From positions 434,001 through 498,000 of IMG/VR virus record IMGVR_UViG_3300046517_002304: DNA of 64,000 bases; one strand, written 5' to 3'. The notes under the pieces were generated by a model. It had not been told where the DNA came from and made no database searches. It was given only the letters and a program-made list of their open reading frames with translations. This document shows positions 62,935 to 64,000 of this stretch, piece after piece. Positions within the stretch are counted from its first letter, which is position 1; the number at the start of each line of letters is the position of its first letter. Made by a program: the position numbers and the translations under genes.

Positions 62935-64000
62935 TCAATTTTTGGGTTTTGAGAATTTTGTTAAAAACTCATTAACTGTTTGATCAAAAACATTTTTAGT
63001 TTTTTTAGTGAAGGCGCATGGCAATGAAACCTGTTTAATCGCTTCCACAATCTTCTGGTCACTTTTAGCCAAAACATCCTTCAACTTATCAAAGAAGACA
63101 CTAGAGTTTGCTTTAGTGATTTTCTTCATTCCACTAAAATTCTCCTGCCATATCTTTTGAGTAATTTGCTTATTCTCCTCATACTTTTCTTTATACTCGG
63201 CATTTATCTGATTAACTTTATCAATAGAATCTTGCGCTAAAGATTTAGTCCAGTTCCATGCCTGTAATGCAGGAATGGTACAAATAAACTTCATCATCTG
63301 ATCTTCTAGCTCATACATTTCGTCCGGGCCATCGCCAGCAAAAAAATCTTCTATCTGCTTAGAGTTCATGCCTTTGAGAAATTCTTCTTCTAACGTTTCG
63401 CTGATTAATTCAAAAACATCAAAATCATATGTGATATGGCGCACTTCGCGGCCTGGTTCATGAACATCAAAAGACTCGCCAGTATAACAACTATAAAGCC
63501 ACTCGCCCAAAAACTCAAAACTCAAAAGACGATCTGATTTTCCAGTATTAACAAACTCTAGTTCGCCAGAACAATCCCACTCTGGATCTTTATCATAATT
63601 AACATTAAAAGTTGGTCCTTCTAATACCCACTCGGAATACATCTGACAAATAACAAGAGCAATTTTCTTTCTTAGAGAACATCTAACTTTTAGAAAATCA
63701 AACTTATCTCTATTTTTTGCGTACCAAGTAGATTCATTAAATATAACTTCTTTATACTTAACTTCCTCCGAATGCATCAATTCATGTTCTGAAAATTGTT
63801 CCTGCAATATATCAGACGTTCGCTCTGGATAATCGTACTCCAACAAAGCCTGGTTTAAAAAACTATCGGCATAAAATTTCTCCCCACAAGTGTCGCAAGT
63901 AGAGAATATATTAAATAAATTATGATCATCTAATTCTGCCGGAAGCCTATGGCCATGATGAATTTCTTTAGAAAGATACTCTACAAACTCTTCTTTACGC
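62935..64000 (-). CDS. hypothetical acidic protein, truncated by the right edge
   Basis: Frame of track ORF 62935..63846 stays open to the window end (RKEEFVEYLSKEIHHGH...CDTC...). Confidence 0.75.
   Translation of the reverse strand, partial: RKEEFVEYLSKEIHHGHRLPAELDDHNLFNIFSTCDTCGEKFYADSFLNQALLEYDYPERTSDILQEQFSEHELMHSEEVKYKEVIFNESTWYAKNRDKFDFLKVRCSLRKKIALVICQMYSEWVLEGPTFNVNYDKDPEWDCSGELEFVNTGKSDRLLSFEFLGEWLYSCYTGESFDVHEPGREVRHITYDFDVFELISETLEEEFLKGMNSKQIEDFFAGDGPDEMYELEDQMMKFICTIPALQAWNWTKSLAQDSIDKVNQINAEYKEKYEENKQITQKIWQENFSGMKKITKANSSVFFDKLKDVLAKSDQKIVEAIKQVSLPCAFTKKTKNVFDQTVNEFLTKFSKPKN

Noticed and set aside
1-64000. Stop-codon recoding as seen in some huge phages
   Set aside because: The standard code gives near-complete coding density and full-length proteins ending at TAA, TAG and TGA; no suppressor tRNA seen
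1-64000. tRNA or rRNA genes
   Set aside because: No T-loop GTTCRA cloverleaf or rRNA signature noticed, and few gaps are large enough; tRNAscan-SE would be the decisive check

Overview
This window is a gene-dense, AT-rich segment (about one-third GC in hand-counted lines), coded mostly on the minus strand. It is best read as part of a huge/jumbo dsDNA phage genome. Support: runs of small hypothetical ORFs, T4-like TAAATA late-promoter motifs, T4 capsid-targeting-like N-termini, LamG- and BppU-like virion proteins, PhoH, a PHP-less Pol III alpha, and scattered host-like genes without their operon partners (ClpX, GroES, DnaJ, IF3, bS21-like, peptide deformylase, CsrA, a sigma factor, ParB). It also carries about eight glycosyltransferase-like genes, an ANL (PaaK/CapK-like) ligase, an amidoligase, a GGCT, an IDO, a TPP-dependent 2-keto-acid decarboxylase, a RelA/SpoT-fold nucleotidyltransferase and one solo TnpB. 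No rRNA, tRNA, CRISPR array, RT or intein was seen. Main leads: (1) an ORF-less ~275-nt unit with its own promoter and terminator that folds as a 6S-like rod; (2) a single-chain tandem CsrA keeping only one RNA-binding surface; (3) a RelA/SpoT-fold enzyme with a capsid-targeting-like N-terminus; (4) a series of apparently catalytically dead enzyme homologues; (5) a three-copy promoter class TTTTACTTCC-N18-TATWGT; (6) leaderless late genes; (7) an A-B-A-B-B paralog array; (8) a u-spanin-like lipoprotein. A Planctomycetota host is suspected (inference only). All family assignments come from motif recognition by eye, not database searches.
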